Assembly (NCBI GenBank): GCA_963803805.1
Contig: CAWDOD010000004.1
Coordinates: forward strand, 320,001-384,000
Reading direction: 5' to 3'
Source of the DNA: an uncultured cyanobacterium
GTDB lineage: Bacteria; Cyanobacteriota; Cyanobacteriia; Cyanobacteriales; CAWCAG01
Length of the DNA: 64,000 bases
Shown: positions 30,278 through 41,129 of the stretch, piece by piece
Layout of the letters: each line of letters opens with the position of its first letter
Position numbering within the stretch: the first letter of the stretch is position 1
Program-made: the position numbers and the translations under genes
The notes under the pieces: model-generated
Told to the model about the DNA's origin: nothing
What the model saw: only the letters and a program-made list of their open reading frames with translations
Database searches by the model: none

Positions 30278-32431
30278 ATGACTGATAATACAATAACAAC
30301 AAAAGTTAATCCTAAACAACTTAAATTCAAGCCGGGGGAACAGCCAGCTTATTTTGAAGTAGAGGTTATTAATGAAAGCGATCGCTTCGCTAGTTTTCAG
30401 TTAGAAGTAATTGCTGCCGGTGCAGGTAGTAATCAAAACTATGATTGGTACAATGTTTCTCCTGAAGTTAGTACTAAAAAACCCCCAGGAGATATTACTA
30501 GGTTTCATGTTGCTATTAAAGATTCTCCTGTACCAGGTTTTGTGGGGATGATGAACCTGACTGTACGGGCTTTTTCTATTGAGTTGCGAGATGAAGATAG
30601 AGAAATTCTGCGCTTAAATTTGGAACAAGGTAGAGGTTTAATTCCTTTACAATTAACCTTACCTGTTGATAATTTTCAAGAATATCCTGGCGCACAAATT
30701 AATATTCCCGTTAGAGTTTATAATCCTAGCCAATTACCTGCTGAGGCTTTTTTGAACCTTTTAGGATTAGAGCCGCAATGGTTAGTTAATGGGGTAGATC
30801 ATAACTTAGAAATTCCTCCAGGAAAGGAAGTAGAAACCACTTTAACTTGTCAGCTTCCTGAAGGGAAAGAAGCTGTTAGTAAAAACTACACCTTTACCAT
30901 TGATGCCACTCAACGCAATGGCCCTGCTTCACAAATAAGCGGTACATTAGAAGTCTTACCTTCCGGTTTTGTAGACTTTGCTGTTGATCCTCCCCGACAA
31001 GTCATCCCGACTAAAAAGTTTAGCTGGGCTTTTTGGCGTTCTCATCCTGTTAGTTATGAACTACAGTTTAAAAACGAAAGTAATGTTGAACAGGAAGTTG
31101 GCGTAGATATAGAAGTTGAAGATCCGGGTCAAAGTGAGTTTGAAATACTCCCTGAAAATGCGGAAATAAACCCTGGAGAAATAGGAGTTTTGTTACTCCA
31201 AGCTAATAGTAAGCGCCCTTGGTTATTTGCCAACAAAATATTATTACAAATCAACGCCCTTTGGTCAGATCGTCGCTTAGATACCCGCAACGAAACTCAG
31301 AATATCGAACTACTTGTTAAACCGATTGTACCTTTGTGGTTAAGGTTACTAGGACTATTTGGTTTACTTTTCCTTGCTTTCCAATTTTCTCCTTTTAATC
31401 CTAGCAATACTAAACATAAAGAAGCAGTTAACTCTGTACAATTAAATGGTGTCGGAGAACAAATAATTAGTAGTTCTCAAGACCAAAGAATTATTGCTTG
31501 GCGAGTTGATGGTTTTTCTTTTTGGCGACCTTTACTTAATCCTAAAATCGGAGTGGTGGGCAATGCAGAAAAAGAAGTTCGTGTAGCTACCTATCGACCT
31601 GTAAATAATAATTTAGTTGCTGCTGGATTAGAGAATGGCGAGATTCAAATTTGGAATCTTTTAGAAAATCGCCAACGACCTATAGAATCTTTTAGTGCGG
31701 AAAAAGATGACCGAGTTTTAGCTTTGGAATTTACTAATAACTCTCGCTTTTTGATTAGTGGTCATGGTAGCGGCAAGATTATTTTATGGGATTTAAAAAA
31801 GGAAGCAGATGAAGATATAACAACAAGAAACCCTTTACCTTTATATGATTTTAATTCTACTGTAGAATCCCTTAAATTTGCTGGAGAAGATGACAGCAAC
31901 TTGTTAATTGCCGGAAGATATAACAAATTTAGCCGTCTCAACTTAAGCGAAAAAAAAGTAGCAGAAATAAATAACTATCCTCAAGGGGGTAAAGATAATT
32001 ATATTGAAGCTATAGATGTGGCAGAATTTAAACCCTATCGAGTAGTAACAGCAGATAATCAAGGTAGAATCACCCTCTGGAATATGCGTGAATGCCTATT
32101 AGAAGGAAGGGAGTGTGAAATTATTGATCAATGGTTAGATGGTCATGGTAAAAATCCTGTTCGTTCAGTTGCTTTAAGTGCAGATGGTTGTTATTTAGTT
32201 AGTAGTGGTGATGATGGCAAAGTTAAATTTTGGCCCCTTGATAAGGAAGGTTCTCGTAGTACAGAATTCTCTAAGGGTAAGAACATTGAAAAAGGTAAAG
32301 AGAGCTTTAATAGTGTTGATATTAGGGAAGTAGGAAAAAAGCTAGTTATTGCTAGCGGCAATGATGATAAAAGAGTACGGGTAGCTTGGCAGAAAAGGTT
32401 GCCTCGTTTGGGTTGTGATCAATTTAGGTAA
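30278..32431 (+). CDS. bitopic membrane protein: N-terminal Ig-like beta domains, TM helix, C-terminal WD40 propeller (CIS-locus associated)
   Basis: Beta-rich N-terminal repeats (VINESDRFASFQLEV), TM LWLRLLGLFGLLFLAFQF, WD40 motifs (SSGDDGKVKFW). Confidence 0.75.
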   Translation: MTDNTITTKVNPKQLKFKPGEQPAYFEVEVINESDRFASFQLEVIAAGAGSNQNYDWYNVSPEVSTKKPPGDITRFHVAIKDSPVPGFVGMMNLTVRAFSIELRDEDREILRLNLEQGRGLIPLQLTLPVDNFQEYPGAQINIPVRVYNPSQLPAEAFLNLLGLEPQWLVNGVDHNLEIPPGKEVETTLTCQLPEGKEAVSKNYTFTIDATQRNGPASQISGTLEVLPSGFVDFAVDPPRQVIPTKKFSWAFWRSHPVSYELQFKNESNVEQEVGVDIEVEDPGQSEFEILPENAEINPGEIGVLLLQANSKRPWLFANKILLQINALWSDRRLDTRNETQNIELLVKPIVPLWLRLLGLFGLLFLAFQFSPFNPSNTKHKEAVNSVQLNGVGEQIISSSQDQRIIAWRVDGFSFWRPLLNPKIGVVGNAEKEVRVATYRPVNNNLVAAGLENGEIQIWNLLENRQRPIESFSAEKDDRVLALEFTNNSRFLISGHGSGKIILWDLKKEADEDITTRNPLPLYDFNSTVESLKFAGEDDSNLLIAGRYNKFSRLNLSEKKVAEINNYPQGGKDNYIEAIDVAEFKPYRVVTADNQGRITLWNMRECLLEGRECEIIDQWLDGHGKNPVRSVALSADGCYLVSSGDDGKVKFWPLDKEGSRSTEFSKGKNIEKGKESFNSVDIREVGKKLVIASGNDDKRVRVAWQKRLPRLGCDQFR

Positions 32432-32472
32432 TAGGTAACGGGTTAAAATACAATAAATGTCACAAAATAAAA

Positions 32473-33405
32473 ATGCAAACAGTTAACTTAGGAAAAAATG
32501 GCCCCGCCGTCACTGCTTTAGGAATTGGTACTTGGTCTTGGGGAGACAAGTTATTTTGGAACTATGGTGGCGATTATGGCCCTTCCCAGGTTAAAGAAGC
32601 TTTTGAAGCAGCGATCGCAGCAGGAATTACTTTCTTTGATACTGCTGAAGTTTATGGCATTGGTAAATCAGAATCATTGTTAGGGGAGTTTATGGGGCAA
32701 CAGCAAACTTCTATTGATATTGCCACAAAATATGGACCTTTGCCCTGGCGTTTAACCGCAAATTCTGTTGCTGAAGCCTTGAGTAATAGTTTAGAACGTT
32801 TGCAACTCCAACAAGTTACCCTTTACCAAGTTCATTGGCCTTTTACCTTTTTTATGACCCAAGAAACTTTGATGAATGCTTTAGCTGATGAAGTTAAAAA
32901 AGGTCGCATTTTAACAGTAGGAGTGAGTAATTATTCAGCAGAAGAAATGCGCCAAGCCTCTAATATTTTAGCTCAAAGAGGCGTTCCTTTAGCAGTTAAT
33001 CAGATGCAATATTCTTTGTTACATCGCAACATTGAAAGTAATGGTGTTCTCCAAACAGCCCAAGATTTGGGTATAACAATTCTCGCTTATAGTCCTTTAG
33101 CCCAAGGTTTACTCACCGGTAAATATAATCCAGCCAATCCTCAAACTCCTGAAGGGGCAAGACGTTTCGATTCTCGTTTTAGTAAGGGTGGTTTAGCTAA
33201 GATTGCTCCAGTTTTAAACGCCTTAAAGGAATTAGGAGAAAAATATAACAAAACTTGCGCTCAAGTAGCCTTAAACTGGTTGATCAATCAAGGCAATGTT
33301 ATTCCTATTCCTGGGGCAAAAAATGCTCAACAAGCTACTCAAAATGCCGGAGCTTTGGGTTGGAGTTTGGAACCAGAAGAAGTTGATTATTTAAGTAATA
33401 AGTAA
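32473..33405 (+). CDS. aldo/keto reductase
   Basis: LGIGTWSWG, FFDTAEVYG, LYQVHWP, VGVSNY, AYSPLAQGLLTGKY, IPIPGAK. Confidence 0.95.
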   Translation: MQTVNLGKNGPAVTALGIGTWSWGDKLFWNYGGDYGPSQVKEAFEAAIAAGITFFDTAEVYGIGKSESLLGEFMGQQQTSIDIATKYGPLPWRLTANSVAEALSNSLERLQLQQVTLYQVHWPFTFFMTQETLMNALADEVKKGRILTVGVSNYSAEEMRQASNILAQRGVPLAVNQMQYSLLHRNIESNGVLQTAQDLGITILAYSPLAQGLLTGKYNPANPQTPEGARRFDSRFSKGGLAKIAPVLNALKELGEKYNKTCAQVALNWLINQGNVIPIPGAKNAQQATQNAGALGWSLEPEEVDYLSNK

Positions 33406-33534
33406 TACCATTTATCATTTTAGGTTCTACCAAACTTAAGATGTAAGAGTAACAATTAAAATAGTCTCTAGTTCTTACCCATTTACCCATTTACCTATTA
33501 CTTAATACTCCCCTCTTCCCAAACACTTAACATT

Positions 33535-34473
33535 ATGCAGCCTCAGTATTCTTTGGTTATCCCTATTTATAACGAAGAAAGTAATCTCCCGGAATTATAT
33601 CGACGGTTAAATTTGGCCAGCAAATCTTTAGATGGGGAAGTCGAATTTATTTTTGTTAATGACGGTAGCCGCGATCGCTCCTTAATTTTACTACGAGAAT
33701 TACAACAACAGGATCATCGCATTTGCTACCTTAGTTTTGCCCGGAATTTTGGCCACCAAATCGCTGTCACCGCCGGTTTAAATTTTGTACGAGGGCAAGC
33801 AGTGGTAGTGATGGATGGAGACTTGCAAGATCCCCCTGAATTAATTCCCCAGATGTTGCATCTCTGGCAAGAAGGATATCAAGTTATTTATGCCCAACGT
33901 AGTAAGCGTAAACAAGAAAGTTGGGGTAAGCGTTTGCCTGCCTATATTTTTTACCGCCTCCTCAAACGCCTTACAGATGTAGATATTCCCACTGATACAG
34001 GGGATTTTTGCTTGATGGATCGTCGGGTAGTTGACTTATTAAACAAAATGCCCGAAAGAAACCGCTATATTCGGGGGTTACGTTCCTGGGTAGGTTTTAG
34101 GCAAAAAGCAATTCGTTTTGAGCGAGATCCGCGTTTTTCTGGGGAAGTTAAGTATACCTTTGCCAAATCTTTTGCCTTTGCGATGAATGGTTTGGTTTCT
34201 TTTTCTGTAGTGCCTTTGCGACTCTCTACTTACGTAGGTTTGTTAGCTGCTGGAGTAGCAATAATTATGGCAGGAATGGTTCTTTATTGGCGGATTATCG
34301 AACCAAGTTCCCCTTTAACTGGTTTTGCTACCATTGCGATCGCGATTTTCTTTCTTGGTGCAGTCCAGTTAGTTAGTATCGGTATTTTAGGAGAATATAT
34401 CGGACGAATCTATGAAGAAGTTAAAGGTCGTCCTTTGTATATTTTATCAGAGATAGTTGGGTTTGAGCAGTAA
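33535..34473 (+). CDS. GT2 polyprenol-phosphate glycosyltransferase (GtrB/ArnC-like)
   Basis: [31 protein letters not shown], two C-terminal TMs, [15 protein letters not shown]. Confidence 0.93.
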   Translation: MQPQYSLVIPIYNEESNLPELYRRLNLASKSLDGEVEFIFVNDGSRDRSLILLRELQQQDHRICYLSFARNFGHQIAVTAGLNFVRGQAVVVMDGDLQDPPELIPQMLHLWQEGYQVIYAQRSKRKQESWGKRLPAYIFYRLLKRLTDVDIPTDTGDFCLMDRRVVDLLNKMPERNRYIRGLRSWVGFRQKAIRFERDPRFSGEVKYTFAKSFAFAMNGLVSFSVVPLRLSTYVGLLAAGVAIIMAGMVLYWRIIEPSSPLTGFATIAIAIFFLGAVQLVSIGILGEYIGRIYEEVKGRPLYILSEIVGFEQ

Positions 34474-34549
34474 GAAGTAATCAGTTTTGTTTGGGATTTT
34501 CGTTGTTTATAAACGTCCCTTTACCCGCCAATTTTCAATTGGCAGACTA

Positions 34550-35455
34550 CTAGGAGTTAACTATTGCTCTCCTAGCCAAATTTATTAGCAAAGCGGTAAT
34601 AGCTACAGCAACCACTAACAAGATAAACGTCACCACTACCAAAGCCGCTCCATAACCAAAGTCAAGGTAGCGCATAATAGTTGAATAAATATAAATAGAA
34701 ACAGTTTCAGTTGCCCCTGCTGGGCCTCCTCCTGTCATCACTTGTACCAGATCAAAAATGCCAAATGATTGGGCAAATCTAAACAGTAAAGCAATCAGAA
34801 TTTGCGGCATAATTAAAGGTACAGTAATTTGCCAAAAGCTTTGCCAAGGAGTTGCCCCATCGATTGAATGAGCTTCGTATAAATCTCCAGGAATTGATTG
34901 TAATCCGGCTAAAAGAAGAATGCTAATAAAAGGTGTTGTTTTCCAAACATCAGCAATAACTAAAGCTAACATTGCTAAAGTAGGATTTCCTAACCAACTA
35001 ATTCCTTCCTCAATTAGGCCTAAACGAAAAAGAAGATCATTAACAATACCAAATTGGTCATTGAAAATCCAAGCCCAGGCTAAACCCATAACCGCAGTAG
35101 GTAAAGCCCAAGGAATAATGGAGATGGTACGGACAATTCCCCTACCTTTAAAAGATTGATTTAAAACTAAAGCAACTGCCATTCCTAAAACCAATTCAAT
35201 GGTGACACTAGCTAAGGTAAAGATGCTAGTGTTCCACATACTTTGCCAAAAACGCCCATCTCCAACCATACGTATATAGTTAGTTAAACCAGAAAAAACT
35301 GGCTGTAATTGTGTACCAAGGTTTTCAGTAAATAAGCTTAACCAAAAAGCTCTACCAATGGGATAAGCAAATACTAAAAAAAGCAAAATTAAAGCTGGAA
35401 TAACCAACATCCAACCAATTCTTTGTTCCCTTTCCCGAATAATATCTCGTGCCAT
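34550..35455 (-). CDS. carbohydrate ABC transporter permease
   Basis: DVWKTTPF, LAGLQSIPGDLYEAHSIDGA (EAA loop), MTGGGP. Confidence 0.93.
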   Translation of the reverse strand: MARDIIREREQRIGWMLVIPALILLFLVFAYPIGRAFWLSLFTENLGTQLQPVFSGLTNYIRMVGDGRFWQSMWNTSIFTLASVTIELVLGMAVALVLNQSFKGRGIVRTISIIPWALPTAVMGLAWAWIFNDQFGIVNDLLFRLGLIEEGISWLGNPTLAMLALVIADVWKTTPFISILLLAGLQSIPGDLYEAHSIDGATPWQSFWQITVPLIMPQILIALLFRFAQSFGIFDLVQVMTGGGPAGATETVSIYIYSTIMRYLDFGYGAALVVVTFILLVVAVAITALLINLARRAIVNS

Positions 35456-35466
35456 TATCTCACCTA

Positions 35467-36771
35467 TTACCTATTTAACAAAGTACGAGTTTCTCTCGCC
35501 GCAGCAGCCATCGCTTTTTCCGAAGTCATTTTATCTGTCAAAGCCGCACTAAGATAGCGTTGCAAAATATCAGATGCTTGGGCATATTGAGCAATAGGTG
35601 GACGGAGTGCCGGGTTTTTTAGTACTTCTAATAGTTGAGGATAGTGGTCATACTTAGCGACAATTGTTGGGTCAGTGAAAAGAGATTTAATGCTAGGGAC
35701 ATAACCCGTTTCTAACACAAACTTCCGTAAAACATCTTCGCTACTGAAGTATTTAATTACTTCCCAAGCAGCATCGGGATGTTTACTACTCTTAGCAATG
35801 CCTAAGCCCCAACCACCTTGACAAGCACCACTTTGGGTCTTAGGTCTACTCACCATAGGTTTAATGGCAAATTTGCCTTGAATGGGGGAATCTTCGGCAG
35901 AAGCTAAGCTAAAAACATAAGGCCAATTACGCAGGAAGACAGCATTACCATTTTGGAAAAGGCGGCGAGTTTCTTCTTCAGTGTAAGTAGTGACACCGGG
36001 GGGAGAAACTCCCATTTCGATGCTACGGTGGAGAAACTTTATTGCTTGGATTGCTTCTGGTTGATCTAATCCTACTTCTAAACTTTCTGGGTTAACCCAA
36101 AAGCCGCCACTACCTTCAAGGACTTCCACAAACACCGCAGCAAGTCCTTCATATTGTTTACCTTGCCAAACATAACCCCATTCTGCTTTACCCTCTTCTT
36201 GCAATACCTGGGAAATACCCAAAAGTTCGTCAAAGGTTTCTGGGGGTTGATAGCCTGCTTCTTTTAAAAGATCCTGACGGTAGTAAAGCATTCCGGCATC
36301 GGAACGGAAGGGGATGCGATAAAGCCCTTCTTGGTAACGCCCACCTTCAATATCCCCATCCAGATATTTGTTTAAGTCTAGGTTGTCTTGGTCAATGTAG
36401 TCGTCGAGTTCTTTTAACCAGCCTGCTGCGGCGAATTTGGGAACCCAAACAATGTCCATATAAACTAAATCATAGGGGGAGTTGCCCAATAAAAACGAAG
36501 AAGTATAAAGGTCTTCTACCTGGTTGGTGGGATTGGGACCTTCAATGATTTTTAAGTTTATTTCTGAGTTAGTTTGATTGAACTCGTCAACTAAACTCTC
36601 CCAGCTAGATGCTTCTAAAGCTTGCATGAGTACCGTAACAGTAATCGGTTGCTGGGTGAAAGCTGGCAAAATCAGGAATTGTATAGTTGCTAAAGTTGCG
36701 ACAATTCCTAGAAGAAAGCGGAGTAGCTTGATTTTTTTATTTAATTTAGGAAGTTTTAGATTAAAGCCCAT
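35467..36771 (-). CDS. carbohydrate ABC transporter substrate-binding protein
   Basis: DIVWVPKFAAAGW, WQGKQYEGL, FLRNWPY, GGWGLGI. Confidence 0.92.
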   Translation of the reverse strand: MGFNLKLPKLNKKIKLLRFLLGIVATLATIQFLILPAFTQQPITVTVLMQALEASSWESLVDEFNQTNSEINLKIIEGPNPTNQVEDLYTSSFLLGNSPYDLVYMDIVWVPKFAAAGWLKELDDYIDQDNLDLNKYLDGDIEGGRYQEGLYRIPFRSDAGMLYYRQDLLKEAGYQPPETFDELLGISQVLQEEGKAEWGYVWQGKQYEGLAAVFVEVLEGSGGFWVNPESLEVGLDQPEAIQAIKFLHRSIEMGVSPPGVTTYTEEETRRLFQNGNAVFLRNWPYVFSLASAEDSPIQGKFAIKPMVSRPKTQSGACQGGWGLGIAKSSKHPDAAWEVIKYFSSEDVLRKFVLETGYVPSIKSLFTDPTIVAKYDHYPQLLEVLKNPALRPPIAQYAQASDILQRYLSAALTDKMTSEKAMAAAARETRTLLNR

Positions 36772-36869
36772 TTAAAAATGACAATTTTTTTAAGCAGAGG
36801 TTTGTTATCTCCTAACTATAGCGAGAGATTAAACCTAGCTATGTCAACAAATGCAACAAAGTTTTCTAC

Positions 36870-37163
36870 TTAACTCTCAACTTCCTGTACTAAAACAAAA
36901 GGCTGTACGATAATAGTGTTAAATTGCTTATTGGGTTCTTGATTCCAAGTTGCGAGTTGCTCAGAAGAAGGCTTGGCAATAAGTTGTTCAGAGATCCAAT
37001 TTTGTACTGACGCTGTATCATTGGCAGCAACTTTAACTCCCACTTCCACTAAATCTAAGTAACTTGTTACCACGATCAAAGCATCTCGCTTAGCATGGGG
37101 AGTAAGATTTTGCCAATCTACTTCAGCTAGATTTTCTGCTAAGGTTGCTCTAACATCTTCCAC
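36870..37163 (-). CDS. DUF2288-family protein
   Basis: W..L.PHAKRD, LDLVEVG, IVQPFVLVQ. Confidence 0.88.
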   Translation of the reverse strand: MEDVRATLAENLAEVDWQNLTPHAKRDALIVVTSYLDLVEVGVKVAANDTASVQNWISEQLIAKPSSEQLATWNQEPNKQFNTIIVQPFVLVQEVES

Positions 37164-37321
37164 AATCTTTTCTTCTCCACACTTGATTACTAAGTATTGT
37201 CTATTTCAGCTAACCATTACTCATCTTCGGAGCGCAAGTCTTGAACGACTTCAATACTCAATCCTGTTATTTCTCTTTCCGACTCTTACGCCGACGCGGA
37301 GTCGCAACGCAATTATCAATT

Positions 37322-37987
37322 TTATCTTCCCAAGGAGTGCATTTCATTGATTACTTTAGTACACCTTTGAGTTAAAGTTTGTAATGCTTCTTTCTTAACA
37401 GCAGTTGGCGGCGGAATTACCTTGCCGATGCGTACTGTGACAGGGACAGGTTTAGGAAACGGTGAACCTGAGGTTAAAATGCCTTCTGTTCCCCACAAAC
37501 TAACAGGAAGTATAGGTGCGTTAGCTTTAGCGGCAATGGTAGCAGCCCCTAATTTAGGTTTGGTGATTCGTCCGTCTGGGGTGCGAGTACCCTGGAGAAA
37601 AATACCTGCTGCCCAGCCTTCATTTAAAGCAGTAACTGCGGCCCTAATTGCGCTACGATCAGCAGCAGAGCGTTTTACCGGGTACGCCCCATATAATTTG
37701 ATACCTTGCTTTAAAAGGGGAACGGCAAATAATTCTTCTTTAGCCATAAAAGCCACAGGACGACCTATGGTGCAGGATAATAGGGGAGGATCAAAATAGC
37801 TAGCATGGTTGCTTACTATGACTAATGGCCCTTGTTTTGGTATGTTTTCTCTGCCATAAACCCGACCACGAAAATAGAAATTAAGGAAAGGGCTAACAAT
37901 AGAATATTTGAATAAATAGTAGAGTAAAAGATTGACAGTCGGTTCTCGCTCTCGTTTATTGATTAATGCTGAATCTTCTGCCCTCAT
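37322..37987 (-). CDS. plsC: 1-acyl-sn-glycerol-3-phosphate acyltransferase
   Basis: NHASYFDPP, FMAKEELF, FLQGTRT. Confidence 0.92.
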   Translation of the reverse strand: MRAEDSALINKREREPTVNLLLYYLFKYSIVSPFLNFYFRGRVYGRENIPKQGPLVIVSNHASYFDPPLLSCTIGRPVAFMAKEELFAVPLLKQGIKLYGAYPVKRSAADRSAIRAAVTALNEGWAAGIFLQGTRTPDGRITKPKLGAATIAAKANAPILPVSLWGTEGILTSGSPFPKPVPVTVRIGKVIPPPTAVKKEALQTLTQRCTKVINEMHSLGR

Positions 37988-37993
37988 TTTTTC

Positions 37994-38941
37994 CTATTTG
38001 ATAATTGGCTCTACTTTATAGATAGAAAAGACTGATCCTACTGGGTCAGATTTTTTGACATAAACCTGATTATCAAAATATAAACCTACAGCCGTACCCC
38101 CAGCAAATAACATTCCTTCTTCAATTTCTCCTAAGCAATGATTAACGGCAATTCCTTCTAAGACTTCATCAAACATTCCTGGCATTAATTCTTGCCCAAG
38201 TTCAGCATCATTAACCAATAAGATGACATGACCTTTGGCTGTGATAGCGGCCATAGAACGACTCAGTTCTTTTTGACAAGCAAATTCCCCTAAGTCTTCG
38301 CAGATATCTTTAAATTCTCCTTGCTGATAGAATCTGCCGTTACCACCAACAATATTGTAGTTATAATTGTTTTCTTCTCTTTTACCAACTTGAATAGTCG
38401 CTTGGCGATCTTCGGGCTTTGCTTCTGAGATGGCGAAAGAAGACCTTTTATTTTTTCCATCACCAGAATATTCTGTCCCTCGCGAAATATTTAAACCCTT
38501 TGGTTGGCTATTATCACCCAATAAATCCCCGTTAATAGCTGCAATAGGAAGTGTTTGTTTTAGTTTGATTTTTTCGTCGCTCATGAACTCAGAAAATGTT
38601 TTCTTCACATATTCTCTTCGCAAATTACCATTAGCATCTTTGGCATATAGTTCATGATCCAGGGGGAGATGAACTTGAAAGTCTAAGTTGCGCGATCGCG
38701 GGTTAAAAATAATGACATAATTTCCCCCTTGTTCCTCTTCTACCCCTTGGTTATTAGTTTTAATAAAAGTAATATCAAAATTCTCATCTTCTCCTGCACA
38801 GAGAGGTTTATTGCTGGCGATCGCTTCTGCATTATTTTGCTGGTTAAGAAGATATAAAATGATGATGGTGAGATTAAATACAGTCAGGAAAATTATTAAT
38901 AAAAAAAGAATTTTATTTTTTTTAGACATCCGTTTTACCAA
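37994..38941 (-). CDS. exported phosphodiester glycosidase (NAGPA/DUF2233)-like protein
   Basis: N-terminal TM anchor, AAINGD, GLNISRG, SRSMAAIT, MLFAGG (LDGG-like). Confidence 0.6.
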   Translation of the reverse strand: MVKRMSKKNKILFLLIIFLTVFNLTIIILYLLNQQNNAEAIASNKPLCAGEDENFDITFIKTNNQGVEEEQGGNYVIIFNPRSRNLDFQVHLPLDHELYAKDANGNLRREYVKKTFSEFMSDEKIKLKQTLPIAAINGDLLGDNSQPKGLNISRGTEYSGDGKNKRSSFAISEAKPEDRQATIQVGKREENNYNYNIVGGNGRFYQQGEFKDICEDLGEFACQKELSRSMAAITAKGHVILLVNDAELGQELMPGMFDEVLEGIAVNHCLGEIEEGMLFAGGTAVGLYFDNQVYVKKSDPVGSVFSIYKVEPIIK

Positions 38942-38954
38942 TTGCTATTAGCCC

Positions 38955-39836
38955 CTAAGAATGCACATTTCCATCGGGTAAAATTGCTCCTGTCAAATCT
39001 ACTCCTGTTAACTTAACCATAATACGATTTCCTGAGCCAATTTTTGCTCCTTTTAAATTTGCTCCTCGCAAATCCGAACCACTTAAGTCTGCACCAACTA
39101 AATTTGCTTCTTGTAAGTTGGCATTTCTTAAATTAGCTTGAAATAAGTTAGCTCTAAAAAGATTGGCTCCTTGGAGATTAGCTTCTTCTAAGTTAACGTT
39201 ATGTAAAAAGCTATCTTTCAAATTAGCTTTACTAAGATTAGCCCCTTGAAGATTTCTCCTCGAAAGGTCTTTTTCAACTAAATCAGCCCCTTGTAAGTTT
39301 GCGCCACTTAAATCTTTACCACGGGTTGGTGGACGTTCAGAGGGATAATTTTTTGCTGACGGCTGAGTTGGCGGTTGATAATGGGATGTTTTTGGGTATG
39401 AGGGGGTTTTAGTTTGAGATGCAGTGTTTTGGGGCGGAGATGGAGTTTTGGGTTGATAGTAATAACTTCTTGGTGGAGTTTGATAGTAAGAAGTTCTTGG
39501 TGGAGTTTGGGTTTCGGCTTGGCGAGGAGGAGTTTTGGGCGGAGGAGAAGTCTTGGGTTGATAGTAATAACTTCTCGGTGGAGGTTGATAGTAAGTTCTA
39601 GCTTTTGATTGCTGCTTTTGGTTGACAGGCTTTATGGCACGCAATTGTTCCCTGGCTTCATTGAGGGCTTTTAGTTTTGTCGCCGCTTTCTCTTGGAGAC
39701 GAGTATTATCCTTGGGAATACGATCTGGATGCCAAATAAAAGCCAAGTCCTTATAGGCTTGGTTTACTTCTTCTAGAGATGCTCCTGATTCTATTTCTAG
39801 TATTCGGTAATATTTGTCCAAGGGATTCATACTCAT
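38955..39836 (-). CDS. DnaJ-domain / pentapeptide-repeat protein
   Basis: J domain with WHPD, Pro/Tyr-rich repeated linker (PPRSYYYQPKT x2), A(N/D)Lxx repeats. Confidence 0.92.
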   Translation of the reverse strand: MSMNPLDKYYRILEIESGASLEEVNQAYKDLAFIWHPDRIPKDNTRLQEKAATKLKALNEAREQLRAIKPVNQKQQSKARTYYQPPPRSYYYQPKTSPPPKTPPRQAETQTPPRTSYYQTPPRSYYYQPKTPSPPQNTASQTKTPSYPKTSHYQPPTQPSAKNYPSERPPTRGKDLSGANLQGADLVEKDLSRRNLQGANLSKANLKDSFLHNVNLEEANLQGANLFRANLFQANLRNANLQEANLVGADLSGSDLRGANLKGAKIGSGNRIMVKLTGVDLTGAILPDGNVHS

Positions 39837-39955
39837 TACCTTATTTTACCGTTATCAGTCCCAGATCTATTTAGTAGCTTAACTTTGAAATGCTGATGTG
39901 ATCGCAAGGAAAATGTTAAGAAATTAATTATCCTTAGATTTTAGACCAGATTTTC

Positions 39956-40672
39956 TTAAAACTGCTGCCACTGCAAAGCATATACGGGAACATGAAACCA
40001 AGGATTATTTGGTTCAGGAATCTTAACTTTGATTACTTCTTGATAATTGGGATCTGCCTCAATCCAAATTTGTCTTCCTAAGTAAGCCAAAATATGAACT
40101 CCATCTGCGGTTACTGCCATGTCTCCTGGCTTGATTTTATTGTGGTCTAAGTCGTTAATACTAGGACTCAAAAATAATTGTTTTGTATAGTTTTTATACT
40201 CATCTCTTAAGGCCACTGCTGAGGTATCGTGCCACCAAAGAGAAATACCTTTCCTAATCAAATTAGGATTTAATAAAAGCAATCCTTGTTGCCAATTAGC
40301 TTTGATTAAACCTTGGCGGACTAAACCCGAACAATCAATGCCGATTCTATTTTCCCCACCCCAAACATAACGACTTCCTTCATATTTCCTTAACTGTTGA
40401 ACATAACTTTGGCGTAAAACAGATGTGTCGGTTATTTCTCTACCGGGCAAAAGTGTTAAGCTTGCTACCATAACTAATGAAATCAAGCAAATAATTCGTA
40501 CTATTTTCTGTCGCCAAAAAATGAATAAAGTACCTAAAAAAGCTGATGTTAGTAAACAAATGATTGTTAAGCGCAAGATGCCGTAGCTAATTGGATAAAA
40601 GAGAAATATTGGTAAAAGAACTAAGTTTAAGTACCATAACTTTATGATTAAGGGGCGGGGAATTTTAATCAT
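39956..40672 (-). CDS. membrane-anchored NlpC/P60-family protein
   Basis: YVWGGE, GIDCSGLV, PGD...GVHILAY after three TM helices. Confidence 0.82.
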   Translation of the reverse strand: MIKIPRPLIIKLWYLNLVLLPIFLFYPISYGILRLTIICLLTSAFLGTLFIFWRQKIVRIICLISLVMVASLTLLPGREITDTSVLRQSYVQQLRKYEGSRYVWGGENRIGIDCSGLVRQGLIKANWQQGLLLLNPNLIRKGISLWWHDTSAVALRDEYKNYTKQLFLSPSINDLDHNKIKPGDMAVTADGVHILAYLGRQIWIEADPNYQEVIKVKIPEPNNPWFHVPVYALQWQQF

Positions 40673-40804
40673 CTGTCAAGGAAGTTTGAAGGTTTCAACT
40701 AGTTGTTAGTTACTATAGTAACGATTTTACAAGAAACATAAGGGCAGAAGGCTATAATGCTATAATGTTTAGTGATAAGTGTTTAAAGGTGGTTGTTATT
40801 AGTT

Positions 40805-41077
40805 ATGAAACCTGAAAAAACTTTAACTTCTCCAGTAAACCCAGATGAAGCTAAAGGAACCCAAGCTATCACCGCAATTAAAAAGTTTGCTTTCGGTACG
40901 ATATGGGGACTATTTATAGTTGCTATTTATTGGAGTTATAGCCTTTTTTTCCATAGCTCAATACCTTTAGCTAGAGGAATAATTATCTCTTTGGTGTTTA
41001 CTATCACTTGCGGTTTAATAACTATGAAGGTAGGCTATGAAGGCTTAGATCGTTTGATAAACAATTTACCTTTATAG
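40805..41077 (+). CDS. small two-TM hypothetical protein
   Basis: ORF with two hydrophobic segments in an otherwise empty intergenic space. Confidence 0.55.
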   Translation: MKPEKTLTSPVNPDEAKGTQAITAIKKFAFGTIWGLFIVAIYWSYSLFFHSSIPLARGIIISLVFTITCGLITMKVGYEGLDRLINNLPL

Positions 41078-41129
41078 AATAAGTTTAAGTACCATAGCCT
41101 TGTTATTAGGTGGCGGTTAATTTTAACTA

